From Anaerocolumna sp. (GTDB taxonomy: Bacteria; Bacillota; Clostridia; Lachnospirales; Lachnospiraceae): a stretch of 64,000 bases of DNA. The translations under genes and the position numbers were made by a program. Within the stretch, counting starts at the first letter, position 1, and each line of letters begins with the position of its first letter. The notes under the pieces are model-generated. The model did not search any database and was not told the origin of the DNA. It was given only the letters and a program-made list of their open reading frames with translations. Shown here piece by piece: positions 47,201 to 56,470 of this stretch. The stretch lies in assembly GCA_029256725.1 (NCBI GenBank), contig JAQSXJ010000046.1:8641-72640 (forward strand), read 5' to 3'.

Positions 47201-50200
47201 ATAAAGTTGTTAAACAATTTAATATTAATGATACCAATATACCGGAGGGAATGCTGACCAAAACATATAATGGAAAACTGTGGGGGCGTGTATACTATCA
47301 TGATTCTACAACTGGTCAATACTTTGCCAATGAAACAGAGGCTTTAAATACCAATAGTACATTCAAATATTCCTACTTAAATCAGATACAGAATTTAAAA
47401 ACAGGTTCCAAATATGAATTTATGCTATATTATCCGGAAAACGGGCAAACCAACATATGGAAGCAGACGAACAGACCGCAGGATGAATTGGAAACCAATT
47501 CAGACGGTTCACAATCGGCTGTAGGATATGAAGCAGTAGCTATTCAGATGAGTGATAACTTCTGGGGAGGATTGGTCAAGTCCACTTCGGGGTCTTCTCT
47601 GTTGGATGGTTCAACTTATCATGATAACTGGTGGTATGCAATTGGTTCTTATGCTCCTTATGTTACGGCGACCGGTATACCAGGCGGAAAGTCTACAATT
47701 GTAAATAAAGTGGAATTGTGGATGGCAATTGGAACCAGCAGCGGTGTAAGTAATGTTGACAGCAACACCAGCAAGACCGCGGTCCTTGATACAGAAACGG
47801 AGAAGGTGACGCAAGTACCCACTGTCCCCTCAGGTACGGCATACAATTTCGGATATACTGGCAGTTATCAGATTTTTACAGCTCCGACAGCAGGTACCTA
47901 TACTTTTGAAACCTGGGGTGCGCAAGCCAGTGGTTACTATTCTGGCCTTGGCGGGTATTCAAAAGGAAATTATACACTAACCTCCGGACAGCAAGTTTAT
48001 ATTTATGTAGGAGGTCAGTACGGTTATAATGGCGGCGGTACTTCTAACGGTAATGGTGACAGTAATTCAACTACCTATGGTGGCGGTGCAACAGATATAC
48101 GTATTGGCGGTACAGCGCTGAATAACAGAATAATTGTAGCCGGCGGAGGCGGAGGTGGTAATTACAGTAACAGCTGGTACAATGGTACAGGCGGTAATTA
48201 TGCCTCAGCATCATATTCCTTAGGACAAGGGCAGGGATATTCCCATTCATGCTCAAACTATGTAGGAGCCGGTGGCGGTGGATATTACGGCGGTGCTGCC
48301 AGTACTGATGGTGCATCCAATGGAGGACAGGGTGGTTCGGGATATATTGGAGGGGTTACGAATGGCAGTATGACTTCCGGTACGAGAAGCGGGAATGGTT
48401 ATGCTACAATAACTCTTTTATCCGGTGAAACAGTTACCTCCTATGATACGGTAATTACGAACAATACCGTACAAAATCCTACAGGAGTGGTAAAAACAGG
48501 ACAGACATATACCTACGGTTACACCGGTGGGGTACAGGCTATAACACTGCCTGCGGGAACTTATCAACTGGAAGCCTTTGGTGCAGCCGGAGGCGGTAAT
48601 ACCGCAAGCGGAACTTCCAGGGGGTCCCGTGGTGGTAAAGGTGGATATACCTCCGGTACCGTTACTTTGAAAGAAACCACGACCCTATACATCTATGTAG
48701 GCGAAAAAGGAACCACTAATACCGGTACGGCGGCCGGTGGCTGGAACGGTGGCGGAAATGCTGTCTGGGCTTCCACTACGAAAATCGGTGCCGGAGGAGG
48801 TGCCACTGACTTCCGTTTGACAACCGGTAACTGGAATGATCTCAATAGTTTAAAGAGCAGAATATTAGTTGCCGGAGGAGGAGGCGGTTCGGATGATACC
48901 AATGAAGCATCTGGTGCTTATCATTCTAAACAGCCGGGAACTTACAGTACTCCTTTGGCAAATGATAACGATGAAACCGGAGGAGCCGGAGGAGGTATTA
49001 ACGGTGGAGGTGCTGTAACCAGTGGGTACGAAGCAAATTATGGATACGGTACACAGACAGGCGGTGGAACTGCCGCGACCGGCGGCGTTAACGGCGGCTT
49101 TGGCTATGGCGGTGCCAATACAAATTCTGGTGCGGATTACGGAGGCGGCGGAGGCGGCTACTATGGCGGTGCTTCCGGTGGAGGAGCTTACCAGGGTGGA
49201 GCAGGAGGATCCTCTTATGTATCCGGTTATACCGGTTGCGACACTACTTACCGGGCAAACCAGAAATATGCAGTATTTACAAATGTTACACTGCAGCAGG
49301 GAAACAGAGCAGGAAGTGGTTATGCCAAGGTTACCGTCCTTGACGTTAAGACAATACCGGAAGATAATGAACTGTTTAACTTTATTAAGGCGAACATGAA
49401 TCTGATTCCCGATAAAGTAACCACAGGCGGAGTAACCATCGTCAACCCTATCTGGAATTGTAAGACCAAAAACAACACCGACATAACGTATACCGAACAG
49501 ACCATCCTGACCTGTACAGAACCCCATCATTCGGGCGGACATTATGACTATGCCAGTGATATATGCTGGGATCCATGCGGTAACGATGAAAATCATAAGC
49601 ATACTAAGCTGGAAGTAATCGATGCCAATGGTACCAAAGTACAACAGGCTACTTATATTACACTTGATAACTTCTTCAAGATCTATTTCCCGAATGCAGG
49701 AGATTTCCAGGGAAATGATTCTTACGGGATACTGCAGCCTTCCGTTTATCGGGGAAAAGGCTATGGACAGGGAATGGATACCACGGAATGGACAAGAGAA
49801 AAGTATGTAAAGTTTGACTTTGATGTCCTGTATGAACGAAGGGGTGTATGGGAAAGCTATGCGGCTGGCAACTGGATTCCTTTAGAGATAATAGATGCAT
49901 CGACTACCAGAAAATATGCTTTAACCGATGGAACTACTCTTTCCGTTGATGGCAATACTTACGTGTTTGATAGAGCAAATGGTCTGATGCGATGCAACGG
50001 AGGCAGTACGACCCTGATTGAAGGAAATAATATGGCAGTAATGAACGGGAAGATATTTGTATGGAACAGTGATGGTACGGTAAATGTAAGCGACCCTTGC
50101 AAGGAATACAATTTCTACTGTTTACTGGAAAATAACGAGCATGCCTGCGTGGAAGCCCAGTTTGCCGTAGAAGGTATTAACTACGACGAGCAAAGCACAA

Positions 50201-51744
50201 CGGAAGATCCTTATTCCGGCAATGACAGCTATGAAGAGGAATATGACATATACTATTATGGCAATACCTATTCCACCAACAAAGACAGATTCAATGACTT
50301 TACCGCCAATCATACGGCAGCTAAAATGGCTTATCTGGATGTGATCGGGCGTATAGGGAATCTGATCGTGGAGGATTCCGATGATATGAGGTTCAGCAAT
50401 TACTTTAAGAAATCAATTGCTGAAACCAATGATGACTGGCTGGTACAGGGGATAATCTCGCGTGTGGACAGTTCGATCTCAGAGCATTATCTGTCCTGGC
50501 ACAGAAACACAGCCGGTTATCCTTTGGCAGTAGATGTAAGAGGGGAGCAGGTCAGTAAAGAAAAAGGGTATTATAACACCTGGGGTGCACAGGAATGGAC
50601 CACCAAAGCAGAAAGCAACGGCTTAAGTTTATCGGCGGATAAGAACTCCAAGACGATCCTGCAGGCAGAACAGCTGAAACTTGGTTATAATGTCCTTTTT
50701 GATGTCACAACGTTGGGAGATTACAACCAATACCTGCAGGTAATTCCTTATTTCTATGCACTGAATAAAACAAGCGGTGAACTGACACCTGTCGATGTTT
50801 TTATCAACAATGACGGCAATACGCAGCCCATAAACTATTTCGGCCTCTATTCGGAATACATGGATGACAACGGGAACTACAAAGAAGGTTATGACACCTT
50901 GGCTGACAAACTCTATAAATATACCATGTATCTGAATTGGACAGAGGAATCGGCAAGGCGTAACTACACAGCAGGAGGAAAGGAATCCAGCAATACGGAT
51001 GCGGTAAGAGACTACTTTATTGAGCCGGTAAGAGACTCAGAAGGAGAGATTACTACCTACAAATATTTGACAGTTCCCTTTGGAAACTTCTATAACCTGG
51101 GCTCTCTGCAATGCCTGCAGCCGGGTCTTAGGGCCAGAACTTTTGTCGGCGGCAGCCAGATATCAGCGATGAAAGAACAGGCATTAAGGCTTGGAATTAC
51201 CGCTAACGGTATTAACGGAGGGATAGAAACCAACTTAGACAATGAATTTGTCAGTGAAATGTTCTATCATCAGGCCCAGAGATGGCATCTCTCCATTGGT
51301 GTTCCTTCCTCTTCGACTTTTGTAGCCTACCGGGAAAAAGGAATACACCTTGCACCGGAGGACAACTGGTATGTAGCATCTTATGTTGAAAATGGTGTGA
51401 CAAAGACAAAGCAGTTTTCGAAAGCTTATCTGACTGCAAATGTAGCTGATAAAGAGTATGATGTAGGCACTGCCTTCCTGATTTCAGGGACAGAGTATAC
51501 GATTACAAACGAATATCAGGCAGGGAAGGAATTTAACGATAATGATGATTATGTCATCCTGATGACTGCGGATATCAAAGCAATCGGTGATGAATGGAAC
51601 TTAAAGTACAGTACAGGAAACGACAATGGTTATATAACAGTGGATGGTACTACCTATACCTTTGATGGCACGATTCCCACCTTTATCGCAGCCTATGATA
51701 CGAAATCATCACTGGTAGATATTTCAACTCAGCATACACATTAA
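41230..51744 (+). CDS. Giant (3504 aa) secreted/membrane-anchored protein, paralog B, with LamG-like, fibrinogen-C-like and two glycine-rich domains
   Basis: N-terminal TM/signal segment; two GxYxxExxGAxG..GGY..VG..GGATD.R..RI.VAGGGGG units; WGRVYYHD..YEFML.YP..WKQT..WGGL..WWYAIG; Cys/His clusters; ends in HTH residues like paralog A. Confidence 0.85.
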   Translation: MFYNLRRISKVLNRSNRNSKHKFIIAVALSILSLVFLLLITENHAQSKSESYVLGKQGGAVVAGTKSGNASIWPITHPAFIVSFYPTKISTADQDGFKKTVDSIKYVIPYANSNALWISSNSLSEYLEDKGFNTKKQVYKARRSSLNGSMMLYGGINDPETTESIIYFDSSHRTNKNPAKNGVFYQNVLGLYIKNNRNFAALSKDPDFAKLLEKPSAAKIDESLKVWSFITDTNTQGTSSTGYTYTVDIKKKMEEFMNYSSFPEKFIVSKWEEERKTSYDTKGLDSKGKLNDYSITVIEELDLRYLDLLMTLNAIANNRTYWQNGIKSYMKDNKGEATLSITHSMVARLESLSTKGGDVEPATVFVSSNDLTQTAYNVKSDNNLSDLIASKKVAEIVNSKVYNTRLKKAVELSKSSTYKNTGIYSTAIISRILSEEVRKVKDGKLVWGDSYNDAELIKLLRFQVDEKSTPWYGANWVLEPPIAGSTVNYKAELKLDSNDYNTNKGKTGPIYEVKKNIDLKKYYTKTNPEKLTEKIVITEDVVNVQVTLTALTIDGKKTGTTAINQWKTFIAQNNIKKFRVKVQLWRDNKGTDFDTVPLGDKEFPQTHTDSETWNKTTTWQEFTTDELLKALEGKGAIGQWTDETIANLTVKSSKSVSYQAKVYLQYKAQDKNWYYTTGKLDNDTDETKKKLVISEVNETLAEIRKTNKANLTYSWEPTLTTITPTPTTEIDYPTDSWASREPSLAYAEIKEGTIYNETFEAMAGVPSTRTLYFSSGGNEFMADLQVDYEHDTTATREYITHYNGTECEYKENDKLIGGTGKYSENLTFVGDSTGKTISKSVTAESSQIATPEGNSSGNITVSGHTSETNLWAEWTGSIDNGTQEPSDSGSFDAGKAGTPCAGKDFDVGKLRTKADPSTDWKVDAYNKALEQATKWATDMEATNSSYTVQKIADSDGQARQYKVGNAIITITVAGGSNGYTNTTQRSYGGGTYSSSSASAASLNSNDKGKLGSGWGWSPGKLGFGSGYSDCGHGHGATGWHTEPKAAVPPDKDGNGGSPAVPGVEHSHNCGSFTNAVDITQGASGTINYTIKVTFQNGTLTSSNYDGNASDVAATTKTGLPSLPAHALCGPCCAHDLPAIEDVWTQDLTYDTIKITKSNVYKLQNGYVTEMSDITYDGKDNIIAGITKGDPNIFYNIAAYNNPTYNTDKKLTNGSQIGRIRYSLQEAQGDKVYYEEMSSGAYKRTNKCDGLAKVQSPMNPAPPAKTGHELGYASGILYSNGKTAGFGTAPAVNITTEDFVSDNTATAATPKTAYGNKLDSRDLTTEEWKRFYTRRTQPVTATVISDMLILQTSSGDQSPVYYEENTKAVKAQEDFNSLQASGDVDKASTQEQVDAKWNKMWTNNATTFAKAIETAINVGSYNGKYDQTSSKYKGTGDNARIATRFDNDISVFSSPRDELGLARVTSNQTITRPAYGTSNIASPGKAQARMNRENDLLLFLDKIKQDPTNSNDEYITGDSFVFYIPILKYKIVGDTVVTVPEDAGESKDVGEGEENADDGTADEDEIPDAFEEEESDILVEGGYNYGPGLIYESKYSAYDDNSDYKVNNFIVLNAVSAQDAMIVKSEVENQRTEEGIVKDAMETLKALEKCPGTPALCEYRVLNCKYTLDTTSLSFDFDKKETENVFDDDASGTADEYITNKIINTDGAHTNYKLPEGFTLTSGDGTYSGFGTGQFLKVAGAGTSLNFSYNDCKIYLTPTSRVKISADVYIPAAPASNTMLFSIGGVGLYLPANTGSPVFITSTGEKRTSSANILGRKVKVAATFSLGSLYDCELSIDGTKVIAQITTGLTEAQIAAAAIDETMRGDGINIGCWEYNTSYATNFYTDNIVITRCGGTLEHTASCYTTYKKANPVYQDLYNGIPIKKDSTKVTTIDWAGAFNDGSYGIVSNYSKHVHDSSCLTINSEGYQIALAEAKAGNWTSLKKELGTELFNKVVKQFNINDTNIPEGMLTKTYNGKLWGRVYYHDSTTGQYFANETEALNTNSTFKYSYLNQIQNLKTGSKYEFMLYYPENGQTNIWKQTNRPQDELETNSDGSQSAVGYEAVAIQMSDNFWGGLVKSTSGSSLLDGSTYHDNWWYAIGSYAPYVTATGIPGGKSTIVNKVELWMAIGTSSGVSNVDSNTSKTAVLDTETEKVTQVPTVPSGTAYNFGYTGSYQIFTAPTAGTYTFETWGAQASGYYSGLGGYSKGNYTLTSGQQVYIYVGGQYGYNGGGTSNGNGDSNSTTYGGGATDIRIGGTALNNRIIVAGGGGGGNYSNSWYNGTGGNYASASYSLGQGQGYSHSCSNYVGAGGGGYYGGAASTDGASNGGQGGSGYIGGVTNGSMTSGTRSGNGYATITLLSGETVTSYDTVITNNTVQNPTGVVKTGQTYTYGYTGGVQAITLPAGTYQLEAFGAAGGGNTASGTSRGSRGGKGGYTSGTVTLKETTTLYIYVGEKGTTNTGTAAGGWNGGGNAVWASTTKIGAGGGATDFRLTTGNWNDLNSLKSRILVAGGGGGSDDTNEASGAYHSKQPGTYSTPLANDNDETGGAGGGINGGGAVTSGYEANYGYGTQTGGGTAATGGVNGGFGYGGANTNSGADYGGGGGGYYGGASGGGAYQGGAGGSSYVSGYTGCDTTYRANQKYAVFTNVTLQQGNRAGSGYAKVTVLDVKTIPEDNELFNFIKANMNLIPDKVTTGGVTIVNPIWNCKTKNNTDITYTEQTILTCTEPHHSGGHYDYASDICWDPCGNDENHKHTKLEVIDANGTKVQQATYITLDNFFKIYFPNAGDFQGNDSYGILQPSVYRGKGYGQGMDTTEWTREKYVKFDFDVLYERRGVWESYAAGNWIPLEIIDASTTRKYALTDGTTLSVDGNTYVFDRANGLMRCNGGSTTLIEGNNMAVMNGKIFVWNSDGTVNVSDPCKEYNFYCLLENNEHACVEAQFAVEGINYDEQSTTEDPYSGNDSYEEEYDIYYYGNTYSTNKDRFNDFTANHTAAKMAYLDVIGRIGNLIVEDSDDMRFSNYFKKSIAETNDDWLVQGIISRVDSSISEHYLSWHRNTAGYPLAVDVRGEQVSKEKGYYNTWGAQEWTTKAESNGLSLSADKNSKTILQAEQLKLGYNVLFDVTTLGDYNQYLQVIPYFYALNKTSGELTPVDVFINNDGNTQPINYFGLYSEYMDDNGNYKEGYDTLADKLYKYTMYLNWTEESARRNYTAGGKESSNTDAVRDYFIEPVRDSEGEITTYKYLTVPFGNFYNLGSLQCLQPGLRARTFVGGSQISAMKEQALRLGITANGINGGIETNLDNEFVSEMFYHQAQRWHLSIGVPSSSTFVAYREKGIHLAPEDNWYVASYVENGVTKTKQFSKAYLTANVADKEYDVGTAFLISGTEYTITNEYQAGKEFNDNDDYVILMTADIKAIGDEWNLKYSTGNDNGYITVDGTTYTFDGTIPTFIAAYDTKSSLVDISTQHTH

Positions 51745-52124
51745 AATAGAAACTCCGGAGATAAGGGGATATAACGCCTACAGTAGATGGTATACAGGAT
51801 ATTAACTATTGTTAGAGGAGATATCTTCTCTCTGGAGTTTTTATTAAATATAGATGTATTGGGTTTGGGTTTAATGCTTTAATAAAAACTATTTAGCAAA
51901 CTGGTTAGCAAATAGGTTAAAGATGAAAGTCGAATGGGAAATTTGAATTTTTATCATAACAGCAATGATTGAATGAAGCAATAAATTTGAAAATCACATA
52001 AGTCACCGTTAAAAATTTGTACAGCAAGTTAATTTAAATCACAAGCAATTTACAGGTTGCTAATTTACTTATTTATAATGAAATAAAAACAATAAACAAC
52101 AAATAAGAAAAGGGGGAGAATATA

Positions 52125-52259
52125 TTGGATTTGCAATGGTCACACATCCACACTTTTATCCGATTTGCTTCTAATGGTAATAAAGCATATCCGAATTTAG
52201 CTCAGCTGAACCTTAACCTATCGGTGGCTGGAAGCATCACGGAGGAATTGCCATGGTAA
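52125..52259 (+). CDS. Small 44-aa ORF overlapping the toxin 3 start (truncated EsxD-like)
   Basis: GGGGGAG RBS, TTG start, MDLQWSHIHTFI...EELPW*; paralog at 36853. Confidence 0.5.
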   Translation: MDLQWSHIHTFIRFASNGNKAYPNLAQLNLNLSVAGSITEELPW

Positions 52260-53739
52260 GACAATTGGAAAGAGAAGTAATACAAAAATACTCCTGGATG
52301 GAGAGAGCCAATATTACATCGGGATACGGTGTTAATCTCCTCTTTGATTTTGCAGATCTTGATGAGCTGTGCAAGGACATTGAAGGAGAACTGGACTCCA
52401 AATCCATAGGTGCAGGTTTTCTTTCTCAAGGGCAAAGAATAGATGAGTTTGCAGAACATAGATGTTCTTTATTAACCTATATTAATGATATATTGTATGA
52501 CATTGATAATTACCTGGAGGATCCTCTTTATAAAGGCTTTAACGAAGCGGTAGATATTATGGCTACCATCGATATGACAGACGGAAAGACGGATAATACT
52601 CTGGGAGTTCAGAAAAATGTCAACGTAAATGGAGGAGGAAGAGGGTATGGATTTGAGGTAGAGATGCCGGAGCTCAATCTGGAGGATTTTATAGGCAGCC
52701 GCTATGAGGAAACCGAAGGCGGGTCCTATGAAAGAAGTACCTATAACCAAAAAGTAGATGACTTTGCAGATTTGTTTGCAAAAGACTATGAAGATCTGGT
52801 TAATAGTGGTAATATAAATTCAGAAGAGAAAAGTCTGCAGAAATATCTGGATGAGCTTATCTTAAGAGAATTTGCCCACAAAAAAGATTCACCTTTTTGG
52901 AAGGAATTATTGGAGCAGTTAAGTGATCTGACCATACAGGAGACTATTTAACGGATACGGAAGGAGCTTTTAAACTGGTATCTGCGACAGTAAGCCTGGT
53001 GACTTTAGGACAAGGTGCCCTGGCCAGTAAGGGAGGAGCTGCTTTTGCTAAAATGTTTGCAGCGGAAGTCGTGTCAGAAGCTGCAGCAGGTACAACCGTA
53101 ATCGTATGCGATAAAGCGGGAGTACCTTCGGCTGTAACCATTTCCTTAGCATTACTGCTTGGTACAACAGCCGGTATGGCAGCCAACAAAGCACTGATAC
53201 CGGAGGATTTTAGTAAATGGATGACAAAAGAAGAGGCAAGCAGGTATAATCAGTATTGGTCTGATGTGCAAGGCAGGCAAGGACTTAAAGATTATAATTA
53301 TTATGGTGTCCTGGAAGATGGATTTTATAAGGATCTTACAGTGGCTGGTAAATATAAGAATTTTGATTTTTCTGCTTATGAGGGTTCGGGTAAACTTAAG
53401 CCGCAAGGTCTAATAGATGAACTTGCTAACAGTGGAGTCAAATATAATCCAGATGATGTTGTTTCGATTATTAAAAATTCAGATGGCAAACTTATGTGGT
53501 TAGAGAATGGAAACAGTAAGGCTGGATTACAACATATTTTAGAAAGGCATGCAGATGATTTTGCATCACAGGGAGTTAATAATATACCAAGTCTGCTAGA
53601 GGATGTATTATCAACTAATCCAATAAAAACAGGAAGCAATGCCAAAGGCTTATTTGCAGATTATTCACTAAATGGAAACTCATATAGAGTCGCATATGGA
53701 ACAAATGGTTATATTGTATCTTTTTATCCAATTGATTAA
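52253..53739 (+). pseudogene. T7SS polymorphic toxin 3 with putative BECR/EndoU-like RNase tip, broken by a 43-bp deletion near 52935
   Basis: Relative to toxin 2, TGTGATACCC...ACTGATT (43 nt) is missing after CTGACCAT; tip has GLQHILERH and GYIVSFYP. Confidence 0.8.
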
Positions 53740-53750
53740 AGGAGTATTTT

Positions 53751-54149
53751 ATGTATAAAGTAATTTTTATAGAAGAAGATGAAATGACAAGAAATATAAA
53801 ATTAGAAAATACTGAGACAGGTACAATTGATGAGTGCTTTGATGACTCAGCATTGGTAGGAGATAATTGCTTTGATTTTATGGAAATAGGTAAGGAATAT
53901 AATTGCAAAATTAGACTGTTTGGAAATATAGTAAAAGAAACGGCGAATAAGGTGGTACTGTGTCAACTTGTTTGCAGAAATACATCTGTTGGAACTGCAA
54001 ATATGGTTAAAGTATTGGTAAATAATGATGAATATTATATACCTCAAAAAAAACTTAGTGAATTGGGAGATTTGGAATTATTTTATTTTAGATATTCAAG
54101 AAAAGATTTAATACAAGTTAACGATGTTATCCATGCGGATTTGTTATAG
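53751..54149 (+). CDS. Putative immunity protein for the toxin 3 tip
   Basis: Small gene directly downstream with AAGGAG RBS. Confidence 0.7.
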   Translation: MYKVIFIEEDEMTRNIKLENTETGTIDECFDDSALVGDNCFDFMEIGKEYNCKIRLFGNIVKETANKVVLCQLVCRNTSVGTANMVKVLVNNDEYYIPQKKLSELGDLELFYFRYSRKDLIQVNDVIHADLL

Positions 54150-54189
54150 TGAAAATAAAGGTGCTTATTTATTTTTATCAAAAATAATC

Positions 54190-54240
54190 TTCAAACCTAA
54201 AACACAGCAAGATTACAATTTGTTGTGTTTTAGGTTTGAA
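54190..54240. terminator. Long hairpin terminator after the immunity gene
   Basis: TTCAAACCTAAAACACAGCAA...TTGTTGTGTTTTAGGTTTGAA. Confidence 0.75.
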
Positions 54241-55031
54241 AAATAGGAAATTATAATTTGAATTGGGTAAATAGTTCAAACGAATTCTCAAAAATGCTTA
54301 TTATCTTGATTCACTGGTTATGGGTTTAAAGGAGTCATTCATGACCCCGTAACTTTTGTGTTTAAATGGGATTTACACGCAAGTGTAACCCCGGCTACAA
54401 CCCCAATGCAAGAAACTTGACCCCTATGATTAAATCCTATCAGTCCGCATTGCGGGCTGATGTAACCCGAGCCGGGGGAGGTCTTTGACCCCGGCTCTTT
54501 AACCTGCATCATTTTCGACCCCATGGTTCACTCCTGTTTTAAGGCAAGAAATAAGAGAAGATTCTCAGTTACCGAATTTTAAAATTGGTTGCAGATGTGC
54601 GATTTGAACCATATGAAAAACTGGCATATATGCGACATTTTTCTGATATAGCAACAGGAAGACGAACAGGAGGCAACAGCAATCCAAACAATTATCAGAT
54701 AAAAAGGGAAAAACTATCCTTTTCAAATTTGCCTAACAAGGCTTTTTATTGCCTGAATGGCATACATGCTCCACCATCGGTTTTAAAGGTCACACAGGGG
54801 CAATATTTTGCGACACAGGGCTAACCAGGAATTTCTGTGTTTCCATGTTTAAAGATAGCTGCCGACTCCTCATGGCCTATGGTTCATGGTGAACCATAGG
54901 ATTTACAGGAAATTGGTTCTATGGTAAAATGGTGCTGCCGGGGGTTACAGGGGGTAAAAATGCTCTTTATGTGGCTCCCTTTTCCGTTCTTTTTTCTGTT
55001 GTTCTTTTCCTGAATTAAAACCAGAAATGAC

Positions 55032-55060
55032 TTGCAATCCATTCGATAGAGAGTTAACAT
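55032..55060 (+). promoter_or_regulatory. Sigma-A-like promoter for the IS110 leader RNA (copy 1)
   Basis: TTGCAA-17 bp-TAACAT, conserved at 59052-59080. Confidence 0.6.
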
Positions 55061-55065
55061 CAACA

Positions 55066-55205
55066 ACCAATAAAAGAAATAACTTGTCCTTTCATCCATT
55101 GGTTTGTTATAGATAGGATGTCGAACCCTTGCGGACTCAAAAAGAGTTAACGCTGTCATCTGAGGTTGCCGGTACGGGAACTGATTGATTGGAAACAAGA
55201 TCAGG
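55066..55205 (+). ncRNA. Candidate bridge/seek RNA (copy 1)
   Basis: 5' hairpin ACCAAT/ATTGGT; TCGAACCCT (55121-55129) and TCATCTGAG (55156-55164) flank hairpin GCGGACTC/GAGTTAACGC and match the two halves of the junction site. Confidence 0.65.
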
Positions 55206-55215
55206 AGGGAGCGAA

Positions 55216-56442
55216 TTGCAGAGAAGAGAAAATCTGCTTTATGTAGGGATTGACCTGCATAAGGAAACCCATACCGCAGTGATGGTAAACTGCTGGAATG
55301 AAAAGTTAGAGGTAGTCGTTATAGAAAACAAGCCCAGTGAATTTAAGAAGTTGGCAGAAAAGGTGAACAGAAAATCCAATTATCTTGGACTTGAACCCAT
55401 TTATGGATTGGAAAATGCCTATGGCTACGGCAGAAGCTTAGCTGTCTGGCTGATTGAAAATGGCTACATAGTAAAAGACATTAATCCGGCTCTGGCTTAT
55501 GACCAGAGAAAAAGTGCACCTATGCTCCGTAAAAATGATGAGCATGATGCGTATTGTGTGGCAACGGTACTCATTAACTAGTTACATACTTTGCCTGATG
55601 CAAAGCCAAAAGATAACGAGTGGACACTGGCACAACTGGTGAACCGAAGAGATTCATTGGTAAAGGATGGCATTCGTTTTAAAAACGGACTCCATGAGCA
55701 GATATCCATGGCATATCCCAGTTATAGTAAGTTTTTCAGTGAGATAGACGGGAAATGTGCCATGTATTTCTGGAAGACCTACCCGTCCCCTGTCCATTTG
55801 GAGGAAAAGACGGCAGAAGAACTAACGATGGAATTCAAAGAAATATCTCCAATTATCAGAAAAGATAAAGCGGAGATGATTCTGGATTGTGTCAAGAATG
55901 ATGGAAATACCTTTCGAGAATACCAGGAGTCCAGGGACTTTATTACAACAAGTCTGGTAAGAGACTTGGAACATCAAAAAGAAGAGTTGGCGGGGCTTGA
56001 TAAAGAAATCGAGAAGATCCTGCTTAGTTTTGATTATAAACTGACCAGTATGCCGGGAATCGGAATTTCTATAGCCAGTAAACTTATCGCAGAAATCGGA
56101 GATATCCGAAGATTTTCCAATGCCGATAAACTGGCAAGATTTGCAGGAGTAGCTCCTGTAAAGTTCAGTTCTGCTGGAAAAGGCAAGGAACAAAGCTCCA
56201 GACAAGGGAACCGTCAGTTACACGGATTATTTTATTTCCTGGCAGTAACTATGGTGTCCAAGCCAAAGAATGGAGCGGCCAATCACCCCGTATTTTACGA
56301 CTATTACATACGAAAAATCGGTGAAGGAAAGACAAAGTCTCAGGCACTGGTCTGCATCATGCGCCGATTGGTGAACATTGTTTACGGAATGATGAAAAAT
56401 AAGACCGAATACCGGGAACCCATGCGAGAAGAAGAACAGTAA
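55216..56442 (+). pseudogene. IS110-family DEDD recombinase with a premature stop
   Basis: YVGIDLHK, GLEN, KNDEHDA, FAGVAP...SSAG motifs; CAG changed to TAG at 55579-55581 relative to copy 2. Confidence 0.92.
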
Positions 56443-56470
56443 TTTTTTTCTTAAAAATAGCACGAAGATG

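Noticed and set aside
55136-55144. CTCAAAAAG in the IS110 leader as a guide for TTTTGAG at the toxin 2 junction
   Set aside because: It forms the stem and loop of the internal hairpin, has the wrong polarity for a partner guide and does not match the toxin 3 site (TTATGAG); probably coincidental.
54339-55198. Short ORFs in the IS110 upstream regions (54339, 54585, 54884, 58390, 58915, 58979)
   Set aside because: Frames and lengths are not conserved between the two copies and there are no clear RBSs; treated as non-coding.
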